The notes under the pieces: generated by a model
What the model saw: the letters and a program-made list of their open reading frames with translations, nothing else
Databases searched by the model: none
Told to the model about the DNA's origin: nothing
Made by a program: the position numbers and the translations under genes
Assembly (NCBI GenBank): GCA_964016885.1
Contig: OZ024766.1
Coordinates: 21,886,001 to 21,950,000, forward strand
Direction: 5' to 3'
From: Eledone cirrhosa
Lineage: Eukaryota
DNA length: 64,000 bases
Shown: positions 19,536 through 32,700 of the stretch, in pieces
Layout: each line of letters begins with the position of its first letter
How positions within the stretch are numbered: the first letter of the stretch is position 1

Positions 19536-20188
19536 TGACGTACATATACATACACAAATAAATCAAATACAGATATGCACATACTTATATACAAACACAG
19601 ATAGAAACATATACATGTACACAAATTTCTACACACATACATTCACATATATATAGCGTATGTAAATTCTCAACGCTACAGATTTGTCAGCAAAATTCTT
19701 GGTTGCAACTTCTACAAATAAAATGAAAGGAGAAGAATTATTTAGTAAAACAGTTTTATTCAAAATATTAACAACATTGGTGGCACTATTTTGGGTGAGT
19801 GATATGGTTTTTATCTTCTCAGATTGTGTTGCATTAAGTAATCTTTACAAGAGAATGATTAACCACAGACATCACAGTGATATAGTTCCTCTCCTGTATA
19901 TGCTAGTGTGTAGTGAAGCCACAATATTTAAAGAATGATTTACTGCAGACATTACAGTGATATAGTTCCTCTCCTGTAAATGTTAGTGTCTAGTGAAGCC
20001 ACAACATTTAGAGAATGATTTACCACAGATATCACAGTGATATGGCTTCCTAGCTGTATGTATATGTCTGTGTGAAGTTAATGTAACATTGAAAGAGAAT
20101 GATTTCCCTCGGATGTCACAAAGATATGTATTTGTATTCTCATTAATTCAAAAATTTAAGGGAATGATTTATCACTGATGTCAACGCG

Positions 20189-21547
20189 TTATGATTTCTC
20201 TACTGCATGTATAAGTTTGTGAGTAGTTAAGCTACCACTTACAGAGAATGATATACCACAGATATCACAGCAATATGGCTTGTCTCCTGTATGGGTATGT
20301 TTGTGGCTAGTTAAGGAATTACTTCGAGAGAATGATTTACCACAGATATCACAGTGGTATGGCTTGTCTCCTGTATGTGTACGTTTGTGTATAGTTAAGG
20401 TACTACTTTCAGAGAATGATTTACCACAGATATCACAGTGGAATGGCTTGTCTCCTGTATGGGTACGTTTGTGGCTAGTTAAGTTACTACTCTCAGAGAA
20501 TGATATACCACAGATATCACAGTGATATGGCTTTTCTCCTGTATGGGTACGTTTGTGTCTAGTTAAGCCACCACTTAAAGAGAATGATATACCACAGATA
20601 TCACAGTGGTATGGCTTCTCTCCTGTATGGGTATAATTGTGGCTAGTTAAGGAACTACTTCGAGAGAATGATTTACCACAGATATCACAGGGGTATGGCT
20701 TGTCTCCTGTATGTATACGATTGTGGCCAGTTAAGTTACTACTATCAGAGAATGATTTCCCACAGATATTACAGTAATATGGCTTGTCCCCTGTATGGGT
20801 ACGTTTGTGTCTAGTTAAGGCACCACTTACAGAGAATGATATACCACAAATATCACAGTGGTATGGCTTCTCTCCTGTATGTATACGATTGTGGATTCTT
20901 AAGACACTACTATCAGAGAATGATTTCCCACAAATATCACAGTGATACAGCTTTTCTCCTGTATGGTTACGTTTGTGGCTAGTTAATGTAGTACTAACAG
21001 AGAATGATTTACCACAGATATCACAGTGGTATGGCTTCTCTCCTGTATGTATACGATTGTGGCTAGTTAAGGCATTACTTTCAGAGAATGATTTACCACA
21101 GATATCACACTGATATGGCTTGTCTCCTGTATGTATACGTTTGTGGCTAGTTAAGGTAGTACTAACAGAGAATGATTTACCACAGATATCACAGTGATAT
21201 GGCTTGTCTCCTGTATGGGTACGTTTGTGTTTAGTTAAGTTAGAACTGTCAAGGAATGATTTACCACAGATATCACAGTGGTATGGCTTCTCTCCTGTGT
21301 GTATACGTTTGTGACTAATTAAGTTAGAACTGGAAAAGAATGATTTACCACAGATATCACAGTGATAAGGCTTCTCTCCTGTATGCATACGCTTGTGAAC
21401 AGTTAAGTGACTACTTCGAGAGAGTGATTTACCACAGATATCACAGTGGTATGGCTTCTTGTCTCTAATCTTTGTCATTTCACCAGGAATACTAAACACT
21501 TTTGATTGTGTTTCACATTTAATCTTCTCAGTCAATTTATTTGGCAT
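20189..21547 (-). CDS. C2H2 zinc-finger protein paralog 3 (452 aa, about 15 fingers)
   Basis: Open ORF of canonical fingers; diverged but homologous N-terminus (EKIKCET) and 5' UTR; homologous acceptor (exon starts 21875). Confidence 0.92.
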   Translation of the reverse strand: MPNKLTEKIKCETQSKVFSIPGEMTKIRDKKPYHCDICGKSLSRSSHLTVHKRMHTGEKPYHCDICGKSFFSSSNLISHKRIHTGEKPYHCDICGKSFLDSSNLTKHKRTHTGDKPYHCDICGKSFSVSTTLTSHKRIHTGDKPYQCDICGKSFSESNALTSHNRIHTGEKPYHCDICGKSFSVSTTLTSHKRNHTGEKLYHCDICGKSFSDSSVLRIHNRIHTGEKPYHCDICGISFSVSGALTRHKRTHTGDKPYYCNICGKSFSDSSNLTGHNRIHTGDKPYPCDICGKSFSRSSSLTSHNYTHTGEKPYHCDICGISFSLSGGLTRHKRTHTGEKPYHCDICGISFSESSNLTSHKRTHTGDKPFHCDICGKSFSESSTLTIHKRTHTGDKPYHCDICGKSFSRSNSLTSHKHTHTGDKPYCCDICGISFSVSGSLTTHKLIHAVEKS

Positions 21548-22131
21548 AATGATGTTTTCTTGAACAGAATATACAAATGTTTTCTTGTAATATTTTTTAT
21601 ATTATTCCTAAAAATATTCCTTCTTCTATATTTCCCTCAACTATGAAGATAATACAAACTTATGATTCACCCAAGGTTAGTTAAAATACAAAACCATCTC
21701 AGTGAAGAAAATAAACTCAGTTCTGAGGAAATATTTCACAGTAATTGAACTATAGATTTATATAAACAGTGTTATATAAGTTCTGTTTAGAAGGTTTTAG
21801 TCTTCAAATGACGATAAATATAGGTGATGTATCCGAGATTGAAAATAATAATTTATCCCAATGTCATCTGGTATTCTGAAATGAAAAAGAAACAGTATGA
21901 GATAATAGAGAATACTTTAGAAACAGAGATAGATTTAACATTGGAAATTTTATATTTCTATATTGATAAACTGTAGATATCAACTTTCCTGTCCAGAGTT
22001 ATTCTCTCCAAGGTAAGCAGTGATATTCCACGATGCTCTATAAACTATATTCTTCTAACTCTTGGGAGGTCTGTTCTATGGTAGTTTAGCAAAAAATTTA
22101 TTCTGGTAACATGTCAACACCGGTTTAAAAT

Positions 22132-22165
<34 letters not shown>

Positions 22166-22186
22166 CATACATATATATAAACGCTT

Positions 22187-22562
22187 GAATATGTGTAATA
22201 AGGCCAAGACAATGCAGGTATGGACATAGAAAAAAGAATGCAATAGTGAAAGATATTGATGTGAATTCGTCTTTCACCTTGAATTTATTTAAATGTCCTT
22301 AATTTTCGAGATAATATCTCTTCTTTGGAGGGAAGTAAAGGTCTCAAACCAGCATCTTTAAATCTTTAGCCAGCCATGCTGACCGGAAATATGACGCTGG
22401 TTTGAGACCTTTACTTCCCTCCGAAGAAGAGATATTATCTCGAAAATTAAGGACATTTAAATAAATTCAAGGTGAAAGACGAATTCACATCAATATCTTT
22501 CACTATTGCATTCTTTTTTCTATGTCCATACCTGCATTGTCTTGGCCTTATTACACATATTC
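22187..22562. mobile_element. long inverted repeat (~165-bp arms), Penelope-LTR-like fragment with a hammerhead-like motif
   Basis: Arms 22187-22353 and 22397-22562 are near-perfect reverse complements; CCGAAGA-A-GAGATA.TATCTC-GAAA at 22421-22445; lies next to (TA)n. Confidence 0.65.
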
Positions 22563-22614
22563 TAACGTTTATACCTCATTACACAATGCTTCAAGTGAAC
22601 TATAACCTCCTCCT

Positions 22615-23601
22615 TATATATATATATATATATACATATATATACATTGATACATATACATATATATACATACGTACACACATACATATATATATATATA
22701 CATATATACATACGTACACACATACATATATATATATATACATATATACATACATACACACATACATATATATATATACATACATACATACACACATACA
22801 TATATATATATACATACATACATACACACATACATATATATATATACATACACACACACACACATACATACATACATATATACATACATACACACATACA
22901 TATATATATACATATATATATATATATACATACATATATATATATACATACATACATACACATATATATATACATATATATATATACATACATACACATA
23001 TATATATACATATACATATATACATATATATACATACACACATATATATATACATATACATACACACATACATATATACATATACATACATACACATATA
23101 TATATATACATACATACACATATATATATATATATACATACATACACATATATATATATATACATACATACACATATATATATATATACATACATACACA
23201 TATATATATATATACATACATACACATATATATATATATACATACATACACATATATATATATATACATACATACACATATATATATATATATACATACA
23301 TACACATATATATATATATACATACATACACATATATATATATATATACATACATACACATATATATATATATACATACATACACATATATATATATATA
23401 TACATACATACACATATATATATATATATACATACATACACATATATATATATATATACATACATACACATATATATATATATACATACATACATATATA
23501 TATATATATACATACATACATATATATATATATATACATACATACATATATATATATACATACATACATATATATATATATATACATACATACATATATA
23601 T

Positions 23602-23644
<43 letters not shown>

Positions 23645-23750
23645 CATACATACATATATATATATATATACATACATACACATATATATATATATATACA
23701 TACATACATACACATACATATATATACATACATACATACATATATATATA
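22615..23750. repeat. compound (TA)n/(TACA)n microsatellite, ~1.1 kb
   Basis: Direct inspection. Confidence 0.97.
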
Positions 23751-23948
23751 TAACGAAGGAAATGTGGTAAGGAACCAGGTGGACCATAACGCACCAAAGT
23801 ACTCAATACTTAGGGTAGTAGAGTGGGTAATAGGAACGAGTAGGACCTCGACGGCAGAGCTCAAGCCGTTTCGACGGCTAATTCTGGGCTGTCCAGAATT
23901 AGACGTCGAAAAGGCTTGAGCTCTGCCGTCGGGGTCCTACTCGTTCCT
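23751..23948. mobile_element. Penelope-LTR-like fragment with an inverted 5' duplication (family also at 26747-26888 and 53942-54086)
   Basis: Palindromic TAGGAACGAGTAGGACC..GGTCCTACTCGTTCCTA; contains the hammerhead 3' half GAAAC-GGC..GCC-GTC; all copies lie at (TA)n. Confidence 0.6.
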
Positions 23949-24033
23949 ATATATATATATATATACATACATACATACATACATACATACATACATACAT
24001 ACATACACACATATATATATATATATATATATG

Positions 24034-24635
24034 GTGGCTGCCAACTCGTTTTCGAGTACGGCCACTACTTTATATCCATGTAGGAGAACCCCTACTGATG
24101 CGCTAAACAAGTGTGACTTTTTAGTCCAGCCAGCGACTTGAAAAACCTGGTACAAACACTACACTTGTGACAATTATTGACACATAGTGCTGGGCCCATG
24201 GTACCATATGACGACAAGTGCAGAGAGATCTCCAGATATAAAGCAATGCCTGTGCCGTGAAGCTTTTATAGTGAGCAAAGGCACTGCACAAAACCAGTCC
24301 CACTCTCTTAACCAAGATGATATTTACCAAAAAGAAGAACAAGTCAACATCATTGGATACCATTAGGGTTGCAGGTGTTATATCAGAGTTTTCCTTCTCC
24401 TAGAATTCTGCCTTGACAAAGGCTAAGGGGTCATCTCTCCCGGTGATTTTGGATGGCCATTGACTCTTAAGAGCTCCTTTGCCCTTTGACAGGTTTTGTT
24501 TTTAGTCCTGCAGGATGTCCAAAGTCACCCTCCTCACCAAGAAACCTTGGTGGGGTTGCCAGTTTAGTCGCCAACGACCCGACCATGAGACAGGTTGTAC
24601 TGGGATACACGTTACCAGTAGCACCACTGGTGACC
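24034..24635. mobile_element. probable degenerate LINE UTR fragment
   Basis: GC-richer block between microsatellites with a CCTTCTCCTAG...AAAGGCTA motif reminiscent of RTE 5' UTRs; no ORF. Confidence 0.3.
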
Positions 24636-25035
24636 TGACATATTTATATATACATACATACATACATACATAAGGTACAGCTAAATATAAACTATATTTT
24701 ATAATTGTTTCTACTTTTGGCACAAGGCCATCAATTATCCCAGTGCATTACTGGTACTTTATTTTATCGACTAACAAGGTAATTAAGTAGACGGATGTAA
24801 TTAAATAATAAAGATATCTTTAATTGACTTAAAGCAATAACAAGGTACAGCTAAATATAAAATATATTTTATAATTGTTTCTACTTTTGGCACAAGACCA
24901 GCAATTACCTCAGTGTATTACTGGTACTTTATTTTATCGACCCCGTAAGGATGAAAGGCAAAGTCAAATGTAATTAACAAGATAATTAAATAATAAAAAT
25001 ATCTTTAATTGACTTAAAGCAATAACAAGGTACAG

Positions 25036-25750
25036 CTAAATATAAACTATATTTTATAATGTAAGGTAATTAACCACATAATTAAATAGATGGAGGTAAT
25101 TAAAATAATAAATATAAACTATATTTTATAATGTAAGGTAATTAACCACATAATTAAATAGATGGAGGTAATTAAATAATAAATATAAACTATATTTTAT
25201 AATGTAAGGTAATTAACCACATAATTAAATAGACGGAGGTAATTAAATAATAAATATAAACTATATTTTATAATGTAAGGTAATTAACCACATAATTAAA
25301 TAGATGGAGGTAATTAAATAATAAATATAAACTATATTTTATAATGTAAGGTAATTAACCACATAATTAAATAGATGGAGGTAATTAAATAATAAATATA
25401 AACTATATTTTATAATGTAAGGTAATTAACCACATAATTAAATAGATGGAGGTAATTAAATAATAAATATAAACTATATTTTATAATGTAAGGTAATTAA
25501 CCACATAATTAAATAGACGGAGGTAATTAAATAATAAATATAAACTATATTTTATAATGTAAGGTAATTAACCACATAATTAAATAGATGGAGGTAATTA
25601 AATAATAAATATAAACTATATTTTATAATGTAAGGTAATTAACCACATAATTAAATAGACGGAGGTAATTAAATAATAAATATAAACTATATTTTATAAT
25701 GTAAGGTAATTAACAAGGTAATTAAGTAGATGGAGGTAATTAAATAATAA
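25036..25750. repeat. 71-bp AT-rich tandem repeat (about 10 copies)
   Basis: Unit AAATATAAACTATATTTTATAATGTAAGGTAATTAACCACATAATTAAATAGATGGAGGTAATTAAATAAT; grows out of duplicated SINE-end flanks at 24670-25035. Confidence 0.92.
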
Positions 25751-25950
25751 AGACAGTCGTGTTAACAATATATTTTATATCACATGTAACAGTGGAATCT
25801 GGTTAATTAGTGGATCGTTATAGGGGTCACATAATTATATAATTTACACACATTAATATAGACATTAAGTAATGCACTGGGTAATTGCTGGCCTTGTGCC
25901 TAAAGTAGAAACAATTAATAAAGACATTAATTAAATCTTTGTCAACTTAC

Positions 25951-26150
25951 CTCCTTCACATATAATCAATGTGTTGTGTTGTTAGTTTTTACTAAACAAC
26001 CAAAGAAATAATCTCTTTGTTATCAAATTAGATGTTTTAAAGATGTTATCAGCTTTATTTCACGACATTAACGTTGGTGTATCTTCTTCATCTTTAGTCA
26101 TTAATTGATATCTTGTCAGAATGAAGTAGTGAGGCTGACTTTATGTCTTT
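25951..26150 (-). other. candidate non-coding 5' exon of ZNF paralog 3
   Basis: Unique sequence ending in a perfect donor GGAG|GTAAGT at 25951/25950; the 5' boundary is uncertain. Confidence 0.5.
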
Positions 26151-26388
26151 AGCTACAGATTTGATAGGAAATATATATATATTAGGTTGATATGTGGTCT
26201 AAAATATATATATTGTCTATAAATGACTGGTAGCAGATGTTCTGGTGAAATAGTAGTTTTACTACTACAGATTGTAATGGAACTCTTAGTAGACACAGTT
26301 GTAAAGTAAGAATAGATATGACAGGGTAAGACTGATGGCGGGGAAAGAAAGGTGGGTGTGTATATGTATATATATGTATATAAAAATA

Positions 26389-26434
<46 letters not shown>

Positions 26435-26491
26435 ATTGTTACACAAGAGATATAATTAGATTAATTAAAGTTATGGCGCTACAATGCTATT

Positions 26492-26642
26492 TAGCTGTCA
26501 GGCGAAAGCAGCCGATGAAAAGCAAAACATCGTTTATTTCCGTATTACTAGCACGCGTAAGTGGAGTTACATGGTGGTAGTAATACGGAAATAAACGATG
26601 ACGAATGACGTCACCTTCGGCTGCTTTCACGACTGACAGCTA
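26492..26642. mobile_element. ~150-bp palindromic MITE-like element
   Basis: TAGCTGTCAG..GAAAGCAGCCGA..CATCGTTTATTTCCGTATTACTA / TAGTAATACGGAAATAAACGATG..TCGGCTGCTTTC..CTGACAGCTA; TA at both ends. Confidence 0.7.
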
Positions 26643-26904
26643 TATATATCACGTGAACACAATCACATTATTCTTTTAAAAAGTTACCGCCGAGGTTGAC
26701 TTTGCCTTTCATCCTTACGGGGTCGATAAAATAAAGTACCAGTAATGCACCAAAGTACTCAATACTTAGGGTAGTAGAGTGGGTAATAGGAACCAGTAAG
26801 ACCCCGACGGCTGAGCTCAAGCCGTTTCAGTCCAGAATTAGCCGTCGAAACGGCTCGAGCTCAGCCGTCGGGGTCTTACTGGTTCCTATATATATATATA
26901 TATA

Positions 26905-27223
26905 TATAACAATTATTTTAATTAATTACTTATATAAAACAAGAAATAAGTTGGCAAGAAAAAAATTTATTTTTTTTAAATCTGCCGTCGTTAAAAATAA
27001 TAAAATTCCGCCATTGCTCCTCCCATGATGCAACGGGGCAGGTAAATTATTTGACGATTTAGCGACACCAGTTCCTTGAGTTTGTCCAATACGAAATCTC
27101 AAGAACGATAACTCCGTCTTTACTTAATCGCAAAAATGGGTGGAAAAAAGTATTTAAAAAAATTTCTTTCTCATCAACTTGTTCCTTGTTTTATATAAGT
27201 AATTAATTAAAATAATTGTTATA
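26905..27223. mobile_element. MITE-like element with ~45-bp terminal inverted repeats in (TA)n
   Basis: ATAACAATTATTTTAATTAATTACTTATATAAAACAAG / CTTGTTTTATATAAGTAATTAATTAAAATAATTGTTAT. Confidence 0.75.
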
Positions 27224-27518
27224 TATATTATATTTATTATTATTGCTATTATATATATATATATATATATATTATAAATATATATATATATATTATAAAT
27301 ATATAATATATTATAAATATATAATATATTATAAATATATAATATATTAAATATATACGTATTATATATTTAATATGTTACATTTATATATTATAAATAT
27401 ATATATGTGCGTGTGTGTCTCTATATATATATATATACGTATATATTACATATATGTATATATATATATATGAGTGAACACCGTTAATTATAATATATAT
27501 ATTTATATATATATATAA

Positions 27519-27820
27519 TGTGTAGGCAACACGGTAAAAACCTCCCAGCCCCAAACTGTAAATGTGGTTGGTGTTAGGAAGGGCATCCAGCCGTAGAAAA
27601 CCCGCCAGACAGTCCACGCTGTAATGTGGCCGTGTAGGCAACACGGTAAAAACCTCCCAGCCCACACTGTAAATGTGGTTGGTGTTAGGAAGGGCATCCA
27701 GCCGTAGAAAACCCGCCAGACAGTCCTATGCGAGCAAGACAACCACTCTTGCCTCAAGTGGGAAAACCCCCGTCCAAACCCATGCAAGCGTGGAACACGG
27801 ACGTTAAACGTTGATGATGA
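27519..27820 (+). mobile_element. SINE/RTE 3' end with an internal ~110-bp duplication
   Basis: GTTGGTGTTAGGAAGGGCATCCAGCCGTAGAAAA twice, ends GGACGTTAAACGTTGATGATGA; related copies at 32372-32770, 35696-36130 and 40458-40595. Confidence 0.8.
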
Positions 27821-28539
27821 TATATATATATATATATAATATATATGTATGTATAATATACATCTCTATATATAATACATTAAAATATATGTATATTTTA
27901 TTTATATAATGTATGCATATATATACATTATATATATACGTTATATATGCATTATGCATATATATATATATATACATTTACATTATATATATATATACAT
28001 TATGCATATATATACATTATATATATATATTTACATTATATATATATACATTATGCATATATATACATTATATATATATATTTACATTATATATATACAC
28101 ATTATATATATAATATATGCATATATACACATTATATATATATATATAATATATGCATATATATACATACATGTATATATTATACAAGCCCTAGATACAC
28201 TTTGTTTGAATAAAAGCCTAGATGGTCACGGCTGGAACACCTTAGATACAAAGTGTTTCTCTCCTGTACCAGAACTGACCTAGGGTCAAATAACATATAT
28301 ACATACCTCAAAAATATATAAAGTAAACAAAAAAAAAAAAACACAAATTCAAGGGAGACAACTCATGGCTGACCAAATTTTATAATTTTTATTTTGTACA
28401 AAAAGAAAAAAAACAACCCTACCCCCCCTCCACATTGGGGCCACTTCTGTTCCTTTTCTAACGAAATCCAGACATGGCCATCTCTACAGAATATAACAGC
28501 CCCTCCTGTCCAGCTCCCCCCCCCCCGGTATAATATCCA

Positions 28540-29445
28540 GATGTGACCATTCCTTGATAAAGACAACAGTTGTCTCCCCTCTCCAAGTGTGACCATCTCT
28601 CTATAAACATGTCTATGGTCTTTTCTCTCCAAATGTGACCATCCCTCCATAAAGACAACTATTGAGTCTCTCCTCTCCAAATGTGACCATCCCTCTATAG
28701 TGACAAGTATATGGTATTTCCTCTCCAGATATGACCATCCCTCTATAAAGACAACTGTTGAGTCTCTCCTCTCCAAATGTGGCCACCACTCTATAAAGAC
28801 AGGTGTTGAGTCTCTCCTCTCCAAATGCGACCACCACTCTATAAAGACAGGTGTTGAGTCTCTCCTCTCCAAATATGACTATCCCTCTATAAAGACAGGT
28901 GTTGAGTCTCTCCTCTCCAAATGCGACCACCACTCTATAAAGACAGGTGTTGAGTCTCTCCTCTCCAAATATGACTATCCCTCTATAAAGACAGGTGTTG
29001 AGTCTCTCCTCTCCAAATATGACCATCCCTCTATAAAGATAACTGTTGAGTCTCTCCTCTCCAAATGTGACCATCACTCTATAAACATGTCTATGATCTT
29101 TCCTCTCCAAATATGACCATCACTCTATAAAGACAACTATTGAGTCTCTCCTCTCCAAATATGACCATCACTCTATAAAGACAGGTGTTGAGTCTCTCCT
29201 CTCCAAATGTGGCCACCACTCTATAAAGACAGGTGTTGAGTCTCTCCTCTCCAAATGTGACCATCACTCTATAAACATGTCTGATCTTTCCTCTCCAAAT
29301 ATGACCATCACTCTATAAACACATGTCTCTCCTCTCCAAATATGACCACCACTCTATAAAGATAACTGTTGAGTCTCTCCTCTCCAAATGTGACCATCAC
29401 TCTATAAAGACAGGTGTTGAGTCTCTCCTCTCCAAATGTGGCCAC
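28540..29445. repeat. 48-bp minisatellite in the predicted MRPL1 3' UTR
   Basis: Unit CTCTATAAAGACAGGTGTTGAGTCTCTCCTCTCCAAATGTGACCATC starts ~20 nt after the stop; minus-strand AATAAA at 28388-28393. Confidence 0.9.
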
Positions 29446-29466
29446 CGCTTCACAGTTTATCTCCAT

Positions 29467-29681
29467 TTAATTTGCACCTGCCACACTTCTGTTCTCGTCG
29501 TCATCATCATCATCATCGTCATCATCGCCATCACTACCATCGTCGCCGCCTTCTTTCTCCCCCTCTCCCCCGTCCCTCTGTTCCGCAGGTGTGTCGTAGC
29601 CCGGGACATAGAGTTCCACCTTCAGCTGGAATTCTTCCTCGGACGGTGGAGCGATGATCTTTGCCTCCATAATGAGTGGAC
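29467..29681 (-). CDS. MRPL1: MRPL1 exon 9 ([27 protein letters not shown] plus acidic tail)
   Basis: Acceptor CTCTTCAG|GT; stop TAA at 29467-29469. Confidence 0.88.
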
Positions 29682-29756
29682 CTGAAGAGTAGAGAAAGAG
29701 AGATATATATAAATATATATATATAGAGAGAGAGAGACAGAGAGGGAGAGAGAGAT

Positions 29757-29788
<32 letters not shown>

Positions 29789-32700
29789 TAGGAATAACCA
29801 AAGAGTACTTAGAAATACATTGTTTTATTAGCTTACAGTGTTTCATCCACACACCATGGCAGGAATCATCAGACCCTATAAACATGAGTATATCAGTAGT
29901 TGCATGCTCCATCGAGTTATACTAGTTATCCTACATTGAGCTAAAACCACACCGTCATACCAAGGGCAATATATCTGCATGTCTGGGCATATTGATATAT
30001 TTGTCAACGAAATATATATATATATATATATATATTATATACATGAAGCATATAGACAATATGCCCCCACTGCAAGGTGGTCGTGGAGGTGCCACAGCAA
30101 AAAAGCACCCACCACTCACTGTAAAGTGTTCGTGGAGGTGCCACGGCAAAAAAGCACCCAGCACTCACTGTAAATGAGGTTGGTGTTAGGAAGGGCATCC
30201 AGCTGTAGAAATCAACCCAGAATCAGTTCCCGTCCCACCCTTGCAAGCAGGGAAAAGTGGACGTAAAATGAAATGAAATGAAAATATACATATATATATA
30301 TATAGAGAGAGGGAGAGATTTAGGATAACAAGATATCAGTTAGAGGTTGTGAGTACTCTGTACTGTGGATAGTTTTAACGTACGGCGTTGTTTGACACAA
30401 GAAATTTTCTTAGTTAGATATATATATATATATATATACATACACAACATACATAGCAATCAAATTTTGTTTAAGGCATTTAATAGCTTACGATCGTTTC
30501 ATCCAGACATAAGTGTGGAATCATCAGAACATATACAATGTTAAAACAAATAAATTCCTAATCATTAGAACATTCAGCAGGATACATATGTGAGAAGACT
30601 AATTAAAATTGTTCATGTTAATTGCAATATATTAAATAGTAAGAGCAAAAAAATATTACTGAGGTACCTATTGTTAAGTATATCTACCCAGTGAGGTACC
30701 TGTTGTTAAAAGACATGTATCTACATACCCAAGGCGGGAGACCGATTCACACAAAGCTTAGCAACCAATTTTTGGAAATTTTCCACCAAATCTTCGGTAT
30801 TCATGTTGAGCTGAAAAATAAAGACCAGAGTTAATAATATATCATCATCATCATCATTTTACATCTGCTTTTTCCCTGCTTGCAAGGGTGGGACGGGAAC
30901 TGATTCTGGCTTGATTTCTACAGCTGGATGCCCTTCCTAACACCAACCTCATTTACAGTGAGTGCTGGGTGCTTCTTTTGCCGTGGCACCTCCACGACCA
31001 CTTTACAGTGAGGGCTGGGTGCTTTTTTGCTGTGGCACCTCCACGACCACTTTACAGTGAGTGGTGGGTGCTTTTTTTTCCGTGGCGCCTCCACGACCAC
31101 TTTACAGTGAGTGCTGGGTGCTTCTTTTGCCGTGGCACCTCCACGACCACTTTACAGTGAGGGCTGGGTGCTTTTTTGCCGTGGCACCTCCACGACCACT
31201 TTACAGTGAGTGCTGGGTGCTTTTTTGCCGTGGCACCTCCACGACCACTTTACAGTGAGTGCTGGGTGCTTTTTTTGCCATGGCACCTCCACGACCACTT
31301 TACAGTGAGTGCTAGGTGCTTTTTTCCCGTGGCACCTCCACGACCACTTTACAGTGAGTGGTGGGTGCTTTTTTTTTCCGTGGCGCCTCCACGACCACTT
31401 TACAGTGAGTGCTGGGTGCTTTTTTTCCCATGACACCTCCACGACCACTTTACAGTGAGTGCTGGGTGCTTTTTTTTCTGTGGCACCTCCACGACCACTT
31501 TACAGTGGAATGATAGGGACCCCAGTCCCTATCATCTCATTTCTACAGCTGAGTAAACTGGAGCAATGTGAAATAAAGTGTCTTGCTCAAGGAAACAACA
31601 TATCACCCGGTCTGAGAATTGAACTCACAACCTTTCGATTGCCAGGCCAATGCTCTAACCACTAAGCCACGTGCTATATAAATATATATAATGACAAAGA
31701 AATTTGCTAAGGTAAAATACTGTAGTCCTCTCTTTTCCCTCTATAACACATTACATTATATGATGCTGATGATATGTGTACAAACCTTGCCAAAAGCTAC
31801 CTGCATTGATGAGGCATCTTCTGCAATCTTTTTCGATTGGTAGTGAACTCCTTTCATTAGGCTGTTAAGCATCCCTTCGACATCATTATTGACTGTACCT
31901 GTAGATATATATAAATATTATTGGCTATGGAAACAGCAGTTGGAAGCAAGAGGACTGAGAGTGCACCGAGCTAAGAGAAAAGGTTCGGTCCTCAGCCCAC
32001 TTCTGTTCTTGGGGCCCTAACAGAGGAGTTTAAGACTGGCTGCCCATGGAACTTCTCTGTGCTGAATTTGACAGTGGTTCTTATAGCAGAATCAGTAGAG
32101 GAGCTAGAGAATAAACTCTGGCTATGGAAACAGCAGTTGGAAGCAAGAGGACTGAGAGTGAACCTAGCTAAGACAAAAGTGTTGATAAGTAGAAAAGAGG
32201 ACAAAACTCTGATTCCGTCAGGGAAATGGCCATGTTCGATATGCAGAACAGGAACTGGCATAAATTCTATAAAATGCACACAATGCAGATCCTGCAGAGG
32301 TGGTGAGAGCAGACCTCAGATCGCTGTAGCTCTCACAGAGGAGATGACGAAGGCCCGTGACAAGTGGAGAGATCATCATCATCATCATCATCATCATCAT
32401 CGTTTAACGTCCATCTTCCACGCATGCATGGGTTTGGACGGGAGTTTTCCCACTTGAGGCAAGAGTGGTTGTCCTGCTCGTATAGGACTGTCTGGCGGGT
32501 TTTCTACGGCTGGATGCCCTTCCTAACACCAACCACATTTACAGTGTGGGACTGGGAGGTTTTTACCGTGTTACCTACACGGCCACATTACAGCATGGAC
32601 TGTGTGGTTTTTTGTTGTGACACCTACACGTCTGGTGGGTTTTCTACGGCTGGATGCCCTTCCTAACACCAACCACATTTACAGTGTGGAACTGGGAGCT

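Noticed and set aside
22472-23864. Long YIYI/MCVY ORFs on both strands (also 27909-28283, 33152-33945, 46961-47773, 63625-63982)
   Set aside because: Translations of (TA)/(CA)/(TACA) microsatellites, which lack stop codons by composition
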